This document shows positions 44,618-54,764 of a DNA stretch of 64,000 nt, piece by piece (positions within the stretch are counted from its first letter, which is position 1; each line of letters begins with the position of its first letter). This stretch comes from a virus. The notes below the pieces were generated by a model. The model did no database searches. It was not told the origin of the DNA and worked only from the letters and a program-made list of their open reading frames with translations. The position numbers were made by a program, and so were the translations under genes. The stretch spans positions 56,023-120,022 of the IMG/VR virus record IMGVR_UViG_3300013232_000047; one strand, given 5' to 3'.

Positions 44618-45019
44618 TTATGCATTAAAGGGTCGTGACACAGGGTAGGGCACAACTTGACTTGGTTTCTTGGGTGCTGGAGGACGTACCCATGGCGCAG
44701 CTAGTTTCAGCCGGGCAGAGAAGCCTTCGTTAAGAGCGATGTGTGCTGCTTCGTTCTCGCGTTTGAGTCTGCCCAGCTCGCTGGCCAAGGCTTCGCCTTC
44801 GGCTACTTCCATGATCCTTGTAGGGGCTACATAGACGCCTTGCGTTGGGATGCGGGCCATGCCATTAGCCTCCAGTAAGCCGACTCCGCCGTGAACGTAT
44901 GGAAACTCGTCACTTGCCCAGAAGACGAACTTCCGAACGGACGTGTCTACGGTGCTGTGTTTGGATTTGGCGGCTTTTTTGTTCATGGATAGAAGAGGGG
45001 CTGGTGTGGCCAGCCCCAA
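44618..45019 (-). CDS. hypothetical protein
   Basis: 133-aa ORF in early operon; start uncertain. Confidence 0.6.
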   Translation of the reverse strand: MGLATPAPLLSMNKKAAKSKHSTVDTSVRKFVFWASDEFPYVHGGVGLLEANGMARIPTQGVYVAPTRIMEVAEGEALASELGRLKRENEAAHIALNEGFSARLKLAAPWVRPPAPKKPSQVVPYPVSRPFNA

Positions 45020-45030
45020 TCAGATGTGAC

Positions 45031-45801
45031 TTACACGTCAATCGTAGTGACCTTGGGAGCAGAGGTTACGCCAAAGCCGACTTGATGATCCATCATGCCA
45101 TGCAGGCGGATGGTGCGCTGAGGTAAAAGGGTTAAGGATGACTCTTTCGCAACTTCAGTAAAGGCATTGAACAGTCTCCATGCCGACTTATCGGCACCAA
45201 ATTCTGGATGCCGGGGAGTGCGCCATTCGGTTAAAATGTGCGGCACCTGTTGGATAGGACACACGTTCAGGTCCACAGCACGGATAAGAAAGTCATGGAC
45301 GACAGAATCAGTCAGCATGACTTGCTTATACTGCGCAATGCGGTCGTTCATTACAGACCACGTGCTGGCGAGCATTGCTACTGCGTCACATGTCAGCTTG
45401 GGGAGGTCCTTTTCGATGAAACGGGTGTGCTTGCGGGCGATTGTGATTTCCCCAGAGAAACTGAGGTTATCACAAACGAATACGCTGGCTCCAACAGCCA
45501 ATGAGGCTGTGAAGGACTTGTCATGGGCATTGCGGAGGCCCAGCACGTAGGCGTAGTCATCAGCGGTTTTTTGGCAGTTGGCCACGCGGAGCAGCCCGAA
45601 ATAGCGGTTGCCTTCCTTGGTGAGCCCGTGGGCTTGTTCCACGACCCTCATGTTCAACGCAGTCAAAGCTTCTTCGACGCGGTTGATGAGGGTGCTGTGG
45701 GCGATAGGAAACCAGCTGTTTGTCGGTGCTGGAGTCTTGGTTTCGTTGACTTGTTCGCGGGTGACACTAGAGGCACCGCAATGGAGCATTAGACCTTGCA
45801 T
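45031..45801 (-). CDS. DUF932 family protein
   Basis: GLMLHCGA, LGLRNAHDKS, VFVCDNLSF, RKHT, WRLFNAFTE. Confidence 0.85.
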   Translation of the reverse strand: MQGLMLHCGASSVTREQVNETKTPAPTNSWFPIAHSTLINRVEEALTALNMRVVEQAHGLTKEGNRYFGLLRVANCQKTADDYAYVLGLRNAHDKSFTASLAVGASVFVCDNLSFSGEITIARKHTRFIEKDLPKLTCDAVAMLASTWSVMNDRIAQYKQVMLTDSVVHDFLIRAVDLNVCPIQQVPHILTEWRTPRHPEFGADKSAWRLFNAFTEVAKESSLTLLPQRTIRLHGMMDHQVGFGVTSAPKVTTIDV

Positions 45802-45809
45802 AGTTTTGG

Positions 45810-45980
45810 TTAGTTTAGTTTTAAGGGCAGTTTACAGGCGTTACGGAAACGGTTCGGATCGAAAAGGGCGTTGTCTTGTGAGGCAACTTTGATGATGACT
45901 TCACAGGCGAACCTGCGTTTGGCTTCGTCAGCTTCAGCGGCGATTTCTTTTGCCAGTGCGATAAAGTGTTTTTTGCTCAT
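45810..45980 (-). CDS. small early phage protein (56 aa, not in ORF track)
   Basis: MSKKHFIALAKEI...DNALFDPNRFRNAC; follows the promoter at 46017. Confidence 0.7.
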   Translation of the reverse strand: MSKKHFIALAKEIAAEADEAKRRFACEVIIKVASQDNALFDPNRFRNACKLPLKLN

Positions 45981-46036
45981 GTGTCGTAAGTGTGTACTAT
46001 CGTTATGTGCTAGTCAACCAGAAAAAACACTTATTT

Positions 46037-46417
46037 TTAAACGGCTGGAATTAAGTTATGCGTAATGAGCCACGCGAGCCCAAAGCTGGTGTCCCGGCTG
46101 GTGAGCTTTTGAACGGCTTCTGATTGAGCTGCGCTCAGCGCGGAATAGCCGCTGCGTTCGATAAGGTAGTGCTGCTCATTGAGCACCATGATGTCTCCTG
46201 TAGTCGTAGCGCAGCATTGTGAGCCGTTAGGACGCTCATCTATGTTGGTGGCACAAAAAGCGTTTTCGAGGGTGGCTTCGACAGAGCTTTCGCAGGGAAC
46301 TTCTACGTGGTACTTGAAGTTTCTGTCCCGGCCAAGGGCTGCGCCTTCTATTCCTTCTATTTTGGACCAGATGGAGATGATGGTTACAGTTGCTGTAGCG
46401 TTTAATGTTTCGTTCAT
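46037..46417 (-). CDS. hypothetical early protein
   Basis: ATG after TTGACT-17-TACTTT. Confidence 0.65.
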   Translation of the reverse strand: MNETLNATATVTIISIWSKIEGIEGAALGRDRNFKYHVEVPCESSVEATLENAFCATNIDERPNGSQCCATTTGDIMVLNEQHYLIERSGYSALSAAQSEAVQKLTSRDTSFGLAWLITHNLIPAV

Positions 46418-46537
46418 ATTCGTAAAAGTATACATACTCCGCTGTTCAGTCAACTAGAAAAAATGGATTTTTGAAACTATTTTTAGCGATGTCTTTGCTT
46501 GGTTTTGGACAGGGGGTGGCGTATTTAAGGGTAAGAT

Positions 46538-47359
46538 ATGCCATCATTATCGAAAGCACAGCAGGCGGCAGCGGGCATTGCCCACGCCGTGGAAAAGGGC
46601 GAACGGCCTAAGAGCACGCTCAAGGGCGCGTCCAAGCAAATGTACAAGGGTATGGCCGGGAAGGGTGAACTCAAGAAGTTCGCTTCGACCAAGACCGGCG
46701 ATCTACCTAAACACGTAAAGGAAGGCACAGAAGCTGTTGCCAACTTGTTCGGGAGAACCCTCTTAGGCGAAGGAGGCCACAAATCTGGTTGCACCTGTGG
46801 ATGGTGCAAGAATAAAGGCTCCTTCGGTAAAAAGGCCAAAGAAGATGAAAAGGCCAAAGAAAAGAAGATGGACGAGCCGTCAGAACCGGAGGTTAGCGAA
46901 GCTTCCATCCAGCAGAAGCCCTACATGAACAAGACCGACAAGCAGCGTAAGACGTCACAGGTTCAACGAGGCCAGCCGGAGACTGTTGATTTTCTGCAGA
47001 ATGTCGGCGGGGGGCACACGTTAAAAACGAAGATCCCGTTTTACAAAGCCAACATTCCAATTAAGTCCAGTATTCCAGTCAAAGAGGACGCAACAGATGT
47101 GAAGCTGAGCAAAGGCGTTAACCTCGGCGGTAAAGCAGCCAGTGCTTACCACAACATGACTTCCAAGCAGGCCATGACGCCCGGCTGGAAGCCCAAGGCT
47201 TATATAAAAGCAGCTGGTGAACTGTCTGGTAATACCAAGCACGGCCAGATGAAGGGGTTCAAGAATAGAAGCGCGGCAGAGACTACAACTGGCAAGCACA
47301 TTGAGTCGAAGGTGCCGGGAGTTGCTGCTAAACAGATCATGGAGGCGCTGCTGGGTTAA
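46538..47359 (+). CDS. basic late protein with DUF3008-like N-terminus
   Basis: MPSLSKAQQAAAGIA...LKGASKQMY...LKKFASTK..DLP; TATTTAAG upstream. Confidence 0.75.
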   Translation: MPSLSKAQQAAAGIAHAVEKGERPKSTLKGASKQMYKGMAGKGELKKFASTKTGDLPKHVKEGTEAVANLFGRTLLGEGGHKSGCTCGWCKNKGSFGKKAKEDEKAKEKKMDEPSEPEVSEASIQQKPYMNKTDKQRKTSQVQRGQPETVDFLQNVGGGHTLKTKIPFYKANIPIKSSIPVKEDATDVKLSKGVNLGGKAASAYHNMTSKQAMTPGWKPKAYIKAAGELSGNTKHGQMKGFKNRSAAETTTGKHIESKVPGVAAKQIMEALLG

Positions 47360-47742
47360 AAGGGCCAGTGCCTCGGGTCAGTTATCCAGTCGATGCCAGC
47401 CATGATTGAGACTACGAAAGCAACTACGACAGAGACGAAAATTATGACTCCTATGAAGGAGGTGAAGGCGTCGGCGCTGTTGTTGCTATCGTTCGGACGA
47501 CCCAACAGGGCTCTATCTCTATGCTTACAGCACACATTGCAGGAGCATTCGTTACCTTGTGCCATGTTCCTTTGGTGTATGCCTTTCATCATGCCGTTTA
47601 ACTTAATTTCGGAAAAAAAATAGAGAACCAGCATGAACACTCCAAAGGGAGGGAACAGAATTCCGAGTAAAACTATCCAGAACATAGTGTCTGGAACGTA
47701 CACACTGACAGAAATACTGTCAACATAAAAAAATGGCCGCAC
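47356..47742 (-). CDS. membrane protein
   Basis: Hydrophobic segments; start uncertain. Confidence 0.5.
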   Translation of the reverse strand: MRPFFYVDSISVSVYVPDTMFWIVLLGILFPPFGVFMLVLYFFSEIKLNGMMKGIHQRNMAQGNECSCNVCCKHRDRALLGRPNDSNNSADAFTSFIGVIIFVSVVVAFVVSIMAGIDWITDPRHWPF

Positions 47743-50084
47743 CGACTATAGATGAGCTGACCGCAGGTATTCACCGGCTTTCTGACGACATGCACAAAAG
47801 TCGGGAGAGTGCCACAGGCATGGTTGACCAGTTTAAAAATTTGGTAAATACACTGGTTCCATTAGGTGTTGCTACTAAATTTTTGAGCACTTTGCTTGGT
47901 GGTGTCGTGTCGCAGTATGCTTTTGCGGCACGATCCATTGTTACTTCTGGCCATGAACTCCGGCAACAGCGCATGTCGGAACTCGAAAAGCTTAGAACAA
48001 TGCGTGCGGAGGTTGCGACAGGTGAGATTAGCCTGCGTCAATACAGGGATGCTCGTTTTCTTTACGCAGTCAATCGCGACGTTTTTAAGGCTCAATCTCA
48101 GCTGGTTAGAGAGATTGAAATAGCAGGTCGTAGAACACTTGGCATTGCGGCGCTTCTCGCAGGCACTGCGATTAAGACACTGGACACGACAGTTCAATAC
48201 AACGAGGCTCTATTGCAAGCCAATACGACATTTTTCCGTCGTTTGGAACTGATGCAGGCAATGGGTCGAGTTCAGGTAGCCACAGGTACCGCGCAAGCAA
48301 CTTTAGTCAATTCGACACGGGCACTTGTTCGTTACGGCTTGGAAAACAAGTCTTCTTTCGAAGCTAACCTCAAGACTGTGGTCATGCTGCATGATGCGGT
48401 TGGGCTTACAGCCGAAGAATCTGCACATTTGGCAGCGGTAACAGAGAACTACGCCAAGGCCAGTTTCCAAGAAGTGGCTGATGTGGTAGCCACAATCGTA
48501 GATCAGACGGCGTTGGCGGCGTCTGAGGTTAAGAATCTAGGTGTTGAGCTGCAGCGGGCACTGGGTGTGATTACGCCCGGACAGACCAATTTACCGCAGG
48601 TTGTTCAAGCTCTGGGTGGATATGAAGCAGCCCTGAAAGAAGTGACTGGGCGCGTAGGGTCATTTCAGAAGCTAGTTACCAACTTGGCTACACCAGAAGG
48701 TATGATGCAGGCCGGGATGTTGGGCGTCACGCCGGAAATGATAAAGACCAAGGAAGGCATTGATCTAATCATGCGCCGATTTGAGGGCTTGGTTGATAGG
48801 GTAGTCGGCAATTCTGAAGGTTTGAATCGGGTGTGGCGCTTGGACACTGTTGCCAAGATGATGAATTTGAGTCGTGAAGAAGTCAGCGAAATGGTCCGGG
48901 CAATGGAACTCAAGCGTGGCATGGACATAAAAGATTTGACGCTTCAAGAGATGTATACCCGTCAAGTCGGTAATTTGAATCAAGGAGTTTCCCGGCTGGT
49001 GAATAGTCTTATGAGCCTGTTGCAGCAGGGGCTTTATCCGTTTGTGCGTGTAGTGGCTGGAGCAACTAATTGGTTGGCTTTGCTTATACAAAAGATGGCT
49101 GATTGGAAATACAGCTTTTACGTTGCTGTCGGAGTGGTAGGCATTTCAATTGTCGTAGTCGTTAATCGGCTCAAAGCTGCTACACGTGCCTTTTTAGAAT
49201 TGGCGGCAGCAGCTCAAATAGCTACTGTTAACATACGTGCTAGAGCGATGGCAGAGCTTGCTTCAAAAGGGGTCTCTGGTGCTTCAGGCGCTTCAGGGGG
49301 CTGGATATCCCGGTCGTTGCTGTGGTTGGCTACGCCATTTACAAAGGCATGGGGAGGCATCGCGGAGATAGGCCGTCAGATATCGTCGTTCGTTGGCATC
49401 TACAAGATGGGGTTCACTTCATTTGGACAAACTCTCGTGTCGATATCACGAATTGTTGTGTCAGGTTTTGCCGGTTTGACAGCAGGCGTGGCTATTGTAG
49501 GCGCAGTGGTTGGTTACCGATTGTACCAACTTTGGCGTATCAATAAAGATTCTGCAGATGAAACAGCACGAGTAAACCGGTTGTTAGCTACGCGTAGCCA
49601 GAGTCTGGAACAAAAGCGCCTTGATCTGGCATACATGAACATGCGTTCTGGAAATGCTGAAAATGCTGTAAAACAGATCCAGCTCGCGGCGAGTACTGCT
49701 GGGACAGATGCTCTTAATCTAGGAAAATCTCCGGAAGAAGTGCGACAGGCTATTGAAGACGCGTACTCAAAAGGTAGAGACCTTTTAACACGAGCCAAAT
49801 ACACTGAAGCCGTAATGAGTCAGAAGTTTGCTGAAGGTAAGGCCGATTTGACACAGTGGGATGCAGAGATGCTTGATGCGATGGATAGGACTGCCATAGC
49901 TGCGGAAGCTACACGTAAGAATGCCGAAAGAGACATACAGGCGGCTAAAGAAGCTGCTATGGAAGACGAAAAGGCTAGGGATAACGCTTGGCTTAGGTTT
50001 AAGCAGGAGGTAATCGTCAATCGTCCAAAAAATCCAGATGCGGCTGCTAACTGGGGTAGCTGGCCAATAACATTAAAACAGTAA
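47733..50084 (+). CDS. tape measure protein
   Basis: 783-aa helical Ala-rich protein with hydrophobic segments, in the tail region. Confidence 0.75.
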   Translation: MAAPTIDELTAGIHRLSDDMHKSRESATGMVDQFKNLVNTLVPLGVATKFLSTLLGGVVSQYAFAARSIVTSGHELRQQRMSELEKLRTMRAEVATGEISLRQYRDARFLYAVNRDVFKAQSQLVREIEIAGRRTLGIAALLAGTAIKTLDTTVQYNEALLQANTTFFRRLELMQAMGRVQVATGTAQATLVNSTRALVRYGLENKSSFEANLKTVVMLHDAVGLTAEESAHLAAVTENYAKASFQEVADVVATIVDQTALAASEVKNLGVELQRALGVITPGQTNLPQVVQALGGYEAALKEVTGRVGSFQKLVTNLATPEGMMQAGMLGVTPEMIKTKEGIDLIMRRFEGLVDRVVGNSEGLNRVWRLDTVAKMMNLSREEVSEMVRAMELKRGMDIKDLTLQEMYTRQVGNLNQGVSRLVNSLMSLLQQGLYPFVRVVAGATNWLALLIQKMADWKYSFYVAVGVVGISIVVVVNRLKAATRAFLELAAAAQIATVNIRARAMAELASKGVSGASGASGGWISRSLLWLATPFTKAWGGIAEIGRQISSFVGIYKMGFTSFGQTLVSISRIVVSGFAGLTAGVAIVGAVVGYRLYQLWRINKDSADETARVNRLLATRSQSLEQKRLDLAYMNMRSGNAENAVKQIQLAASTAGTDALNLGKSPEEVRQAIEDAYSKGRDLLTRAKYTEAVMSQKFAEGKADLTQWDAEMLDAMDRTAIAAEATRKNAERDIQAAKEAAMEDEKARDNAWLRFKQEVIVNRPKNPDAAANWGSWPITLKQ

Positions 50085-50085
50085 T

Positions 50086-51141
50086 ATGCTTTTACCGCAA
50101 AATGATGAGTCGTTACCGATTTCAAGGTATCCAAATCCTGTAGTCGGCAGGTTGATCGCGATGCCTACAACTGAGGGCAACATGACTGTGGAGGGGCTTA
50201 GAAAAATTTCAGGATGGAGGACAGGAGTTATCGCGTTTGATTTTCCTTCAATGCCTGACGTTATCGAACTGGCTCGCAGCGCGGATTATTACACGAACTA
50301 CAGCCCTGTTATGCCTGATGGCATGCATCAGTACAGAGGCACAAAACCGTTGGAAATTCCGTTGTCGTTCAGGCTTCATGCGATGGATAAAACGTTTTGT
50401 CCGTATGGATCTCTCACGCTGTTACAGCTGGCGTCCCGGCTTCATAGTTTTGTTTTGCCTATCACTCCTGATGGTTCTACCGGGGCAGTTTTGTCGCCGT
50501 TACTTGCTGGTGATCTTGTCAAAAATTCGCAGTCTTCTCCTCAGAAAAGTGAAAGTCCAGTCGGAAAGGGAGGTTCGACGGATACACAGGTTTACGATAC
50601 AGCGCTTAATACTCCTGTTAACAGGCTCAGGCTTGGTAATGGCCAATTTGGCACGCCTTATCCTCCGGTAACTTGCATGCTGAGTCTGATTTGGGTAGCA
50701 GAAAATCAACCCGGTATTGCTTGTATGGGCTACGTGCGTGATGTTCGCGTGAAGCTGATGGGGCCTTGGTTACGCGGACCTACAGGTGAGTTCAATCTTC
50801 CATCCGCTGGAGAGTTCGAATTTACCTTTATTCATCGGCCTTCGCACAATAACAGCGCAGGATTTAGTAATGACAGCTCGACAGGGCAATTCAACATGCC
50901 CTCAGCAACATCAGAAATTCAGGCTTACGCGACCGATGTTCGCAATCAACTCTATAACACGCGGAATCTCGTGTACATGGCAAATTATCACGGTTTCAAC
51001 AAGTCTCCGACTTCAGCACGCGTAAAGACTAGCGATCTGTTAAATAGCAGCGAACCACCCCAATACGTACCGGAACCATCCAACGTTACTAACCCTCCGA
51101 ACACCCCGAATGGGCCTTATACTCTGGTACCAGTATCGTAA
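50086..51141 (+). CDS. baseplate/tail-tube-initiator-like protein
   Basis: Follows tape measure; YRGTKPLEIPLSFRL...PYPPVTCML...GYVRDVRVK. Confidence 0.6.
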   Translation: MLLPQNDESLPISRYPNPVVGRLIAMPTTEGNMTVEGLRKISGWRTGVIAFDFPSMPDVIELARSADYYTNYSPVMPDGMHQYRGTKPLEIPLSFRLHAMDKTFCPYGSLTLLQLASRLHSFVLPITPDGSTGAVLSPLLAGDLVKNSQSSPQKSESPVGKGGSTDTQVYDTALNTPVNRLRLGNGQFGTPYPPVTCMLSLIWVAENQPGIACMGYVRDVRVKLMGPWLRGPTGEFNLPSAGEFEFTFIHRPSHNNSAGFSNDSSTGQFNMPSATSEIQAYATDVRNQLYNTRNLVYMANYHGFNKSPTSARVKTSDLLNSSEPPQYVPEPSNVTNPPNTPNGPYTLVPVS

Positions 51142-51164
51142 TAAGGTAGCAATAACTGTGGAAC

Positions 51165-53138
51165 CTAAGCCAATTCAGCTTGGCCTTCGAATTTGGCTGT
51201 TCCTGTGACGTTTGGAGGAGTGCCACTCTTTTCCACCGTTAACACGTAATCTGCGTAGTTGGCTGCGTTTGGATCGTGGGTGACAAGGAATATGACGATG
51301 CCAAGGCGGTTGCTGATTTGTCGGAGATACTGGTAGATGTTTTTGCAGCTAACTGGATCTTGGTTGGGGAGCACTTCATCGTACCACCTGAAGCCAATGC
51401 GCCGCGATACTTGACCCACTTCGTTAAGCGTTTCAGCGATGATCAAGTTGGTCAGTCCGGATTCACCTTTGCTGCTGCCTCGGAGGTTTTGACTGCCTAG
51501 TTTATTGTCTACTTTTACGACAAGTTGGGCTTTCTCCATGCCAGAGGCCAGTTCCCTGCGGGTGTCGTAGGTAACGTCGATTGTGCCGCCTGTCATTACG
51601 CTGGATACGCGTTTGGCTTCACGGTTGAGTGGAGCAATGGCGTCGCGCAGCACCATGTTCGGGATGCCGTAGGGAGAAAAGGCCATGTGCCAGTATTCGA
51701 GCACGCCCAGCATGGCTCCGCTGCTGGCTAATTCTGCAGCAGCTTTTGTTACAGATTCCTTGGCTTGTTCAAACACACGCTGACGTTCTTTCAGCGTGGC
51801 CTGTGCTTCTTTAAGCGCAGTGTCACTGACAGAGGACTGGGCGGTAGTCAGTGCTATATGCATTCGGTGAATTGAGGTCTGTAAGGTCGCTACGGATTCT
51901 TCAAGACTCTCGTCTTCACTCCTGAGCTTTTCCATTTCTTCTTCAACGCCTAGTGCGGCATTGCGCTGGCGGTTCTGTTCCAAAAGGTCTTGCTGAGCTT
52001 GAATCTTTCCACGGAGTGCTTCGTATGCTTTCTGTTTTTCGTCTACAACGATCTGAGTCGCTGAAACAGCTTCGGCAAGTTGAGCAAGACGAGTTGCGTC
52101 GATAGGTTCTGTCATGGCCCGGCGACAGGTTGGACAGACTTTGGAACTGTTTTTGTAGCTGCTGTGGACAGTCTCAGCTTGAGTGTGCGCTCTAAAGGCT
52201 GCATCACGTTCTGTTGCCAATGGGCGTGTTTTAGATTGAAGCGAATGTATACGATCGTTAATGGCGTTAGCTTCGATTTCCAGCTTGTGGTAGTCGCTGG
52301 CTTTGGCTTTAACGCTTTCTTCTACCAGTTTAGCGATCGCTTTCCGGCGTTCCTGCACCTTTAGTAATTCGGTATCTTTTGCGGCAATGCTGACAGCGTA
52401 CTCTTTGACTATTTTATCGTTTTTGGCCTTTTGCTGCGTGTAGGCTTCTTTTTGAGTGTCTACTGCACTCTGGGCATCTTCCACGTCTTGTTGGCTGTCT
52501 CGAACTCGTCGCGTGGCTTCCGCGTGTGTGGCTTCATCTCGGGCGATCGCCTGTTTGAATTTGCCTAGAGATTTTTTGCTCGCCTCATGGTAATCGCTCC
52601 AAGGTGGCTGGCGTAAAGCGCTCATAACCAATTCTACCGACTCTGCTTGGCTGAGCTTGCTGAATTTCAGGTTATCGCCGTCTACAAATACGGTCCAACG
52701 AGCCAGTAGCTGAGGTACACCTAAAAGTTTTAGCAAGTCATCGCGGGTTTGCTCTACCCGACCTCTTGATACAGGTTTTCCGCCATCGTAGGTGTACTGT
52801 AGCGCTTCACCGCTAGATTTCAGTTCTTTACACTTGTAGCCCATTTCTATCTTGAGCGGTTTTCCTAGGAAATCGGCTTCTAGACAGACGTAGGTGTCAC
52901 CATTAGTGTCTAGGCTGTAGTCTCCTACGTGGTCAAAGTGACTGGATACACCTAGTAGCGTGTGGCAGATGGCTTCTCCGAAGCCGGTTTTGCCTGCTCC
53001 AACGCTTTGGAGCGCCCCTTGGGACGCGAGATTGTGGCCGGTTACTATGACTAATCCACGTTCTGGAAATTTAAGGTGTACATTTCGGAACTTCATCCAT
53101 TTCCGTATTTGTATGCTTTTAAGTTTTAAGTCAGGCAT
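51165..53138 (-). CDS. SbcC/Rad50/gp46-like ATPase
   Basis: GAGKT Walker A, coiled coil, CPTC Zn hook, SKGE signature, WYDE, VTH; true start MPDLKLKSI. Confidence 0.9.
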   Translation of the reverse strand: MPDLKLKSIQIRKWMKFRNVHLKFPERGLVIVTGHNLASQGALQSVGAGKTGFGEAICHTLLGVSSHFDHVGDYSLDTNGDTYVCLEADFLGKPLKIEMGYKCKELKSSGEALQYTYDGGKPVSRGRVEQTRDDLLKLLGVPQLLARWTVFVDGDNLKFSKLSQAESVELVMSALRQPPWSDYHEASKKSLGKFKQAIARDEATHAEATRRVRDSQQDVEDAQSAVDTQKEAYTQQKAKNDKIVKEYAVSIAAKDTELLKVQERRKAIAKLVEESVKAKASDYHKLEIEANAINDRIHSLQSKTRPLATERDAAFRAHTQAETVHSSYKNSSKVCPTCRRAMTEPIDATRLAQLAEAVSATQIVVDEKQKAYEALRGKIQAQQDLLEQNRQRNAALGVEEEMEKLRSEDESLEESVATLQTSIHRMHIALTTAQSSVSDTALKEAQATLKERQRVFEQAKESVTKAAAELASSGAMLGVLEYWHMAFSPYGIPNMVLRDAIAPLNREAKRVSSVMTGGTIDVTYDTRRELASGMEKAQLVVKVDNKLGSQNLRGSSKGESGLTNLIIAETLNEVGQVSRRIGFRWYDEVLPNQDPVSCKNIYQYLRQISNRLGIVIFLVTHDPNAANYADYVLTVEKSGTPPNVTGTAKFEGQAELA

Positions 53139-53622
53139 AGATTTGGTTGGTTTTGGCAAATTCTCTAAAGAGGCACACAGCTGCTTCATTGTAGGCAGTA
53201 GCAGCTTGTTGTTCGTCTTGGAAATAGCCAAGATGGCGCAAGTGGGCATTGACACGGATGTAGGCACGCCATTTGGCTGCTTTCTTGTCCCAGCTAACGC
53301 CTTTAAATTTACTGGAGCATGCGGCACGTTTGTGTCCGTTTTGATTGTTTTGGCTGCGAGCGGCTGGTCGCAGGTTGTGTCGCTGATTATTCAATCCATT
53401 GCCATCACAATGGTCAGTGTCAAAGCCAGCCCTAGCTGCGATTTCACGATGCATGTATACGCTCCGTTGCTGCTCTCCTTGATACTGTGTTCGCATCGCG
53501 TACCAAACTGTTCGGTTTTTGAAAGTGCATTTTCGGGCGCACCACTTCCATTGGTTTAGCCAGTGGAAGTCTGCGTCGTCTACTTGGGCCACTTTGTTCT
53601 GACTTAATGGAATTAGAGTCAT
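53131..53622 (-). CDS. HNH-AP2 homing endonuclease
   Basis: MHREI...DHCDGNGLNNQRHNLR; SSKFKGV..WRAYI..LGYF..AYN. Confidence 0.92.
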   Translation of the reverse strand: MTLIPLSQNKVAQVDDADFHWLNQWKWCARKCTFKNRTVWYAMRTQYQGEQQRSVYMHREIAARAGFDTDHCDGNGLNNQRHNLRPAARSQNNQNGHKRAACSSKFKGVSWDKKAAKWRAYIRVNAHLRHLGYFQDEQQAATAYNEAAVCLFREFAKTNQIYA

Positions 53623-53657
53623 ATAGGCAAAGAACCTGATTAACGAGTAGTTAAGGC

Positions 53658-54764
53658 GTGCGTAGAGCTGAATATATTGTTGCTCGTCTGTTGGAAGCCT
53701 CGGCGAAGGGAACCACCCTCCGCTTTGGGCCGGGAGATGATCCTTACGGAGAGGAATTTGTCAATTTCGCGCAGGCTTTGGAAGGCAATCAAGAGAGTGA
53801 AATGCTGACAAAAGGCTATTCGTTTGCAGTTCTGAAAAATCCGGTGGATGTAGGTGTATACAGCCTTAAGCCACAAATTTTAACGATGGAACGCGGTGTT
53901 GACCTTATTGCGCAAACGTTCGGGATAGAGCCTGAAACCAAAGTTCATTTCGCTAAAAATTCTGGATCACCCGGCACGCCCATACCTTTGAAGGACGTGT
54001 TCCGCGAGCGTCCTATGCACAAAAAAACAGGTGAAGTAGAGCCGGGTCGCAAAAACCCTGTTAAGGTATCTGGTATCGCATCTCAGCCTGCTGACGAACC
54101 TTTGGAAATGACACAGCCAGATCCGAAGCGCGAAGCTTACATTCAGTCACTCCAAGGTAGTCCAGTGGTTCAGAACACACCGTTGGATTTTGGCATGGAA
54201 GTAGACACCACATCACCTGAAGGTGGTGTAAAAATAAATTACGTGATTCCCGGCGGTCCTGCGTCTCAGGCAGGCTTGAAGAACGGAGACCGCATTACGC
54301 GGGTTTCGTTTGAAACCAGCACTGGTTCGTGGGGGCCTTACAAGGTAAAAACTCTCGCTGATTTTAAACAACTCCGACAATTTTTTGAGCCGGGGTACAC
54401 TGTTGGTGTGAAATACGTACGGGGCAGCCATGAGTATCCTGCAGGCATCCAATTTCAAGACGTTGAACCAACGCCTACAAAAAGTCGTGAGCTACAAAGA
54501 GCAGAAGCTTATTCAGACCCAGAGTACGGGGATAAGTTCAGGAAAGCTGTATCGGATATGGAGCAGCATAAGGCCGATCTATCCAGTTTAACGGTGGACG
54601 AGCTGTCGAAGTACTACAGTATTACTCCACAGGAGGTAGTCCATCTGTTGCATTATCTAGGAGCACGAACACAGGACTATATTCCCAGCGAAGAACAGCC
54701 AAACGAACGTGACCCGGCCCGTGTGACAGGTAACCAACCCGTTAATCCCAGCGCATTAACATGA
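53658..54764 (+). CDS. late protein with PDZ domain
   Basis: FGMEV...GVKINYVIPGGPASQAGLKNGDRITRV; TAGTTA 10 nt upstream. Confidence 0.8.
   Translation: MRRAEYIVARLLEASAKGTTLRFGPGDDPYGEEFVNFAQALEGNQESEMLTKGYSFAVLKNPVDVGVYSLKPQILTMERGVDLIAQTFGIEPETKVHFAKNSGSPGTPIPLKDVFRERPMHKKTGEVEPGRKNPVKVSGIASQPADEPLEMTQPDPKREAYIQSLQGSPVVQNTPLDFGMEVDTTSPEGGVKINYVIPGGPASQAGLKNGDRITRVSFETSTGSWGPYKVKTLADFKQLRQFFEPGYTVGVKYVRGSHEYPAGIQFQDVEPTPTKSRELQRAEAYSDPEYGDKFRKAVSDMEQHKADLSSLTVDELSKYYSITPQEVVHLLHYLGARTQDYIPSEEQPNERDPARVTGNQPVNPSALT

Noticed and set aside
46028-46037. Exact match to half-spacer cacttatttt in an early promoter region
   Set aside because: Partner spacer absent; AT-rich 10-mer matches are expected by chance
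53139-53327. N-terminal extension of the SbcC ORF
   Set aside because: Overlaps the HNH-AP2 gene; the family-typical start is MPDLKLKSI at 53138
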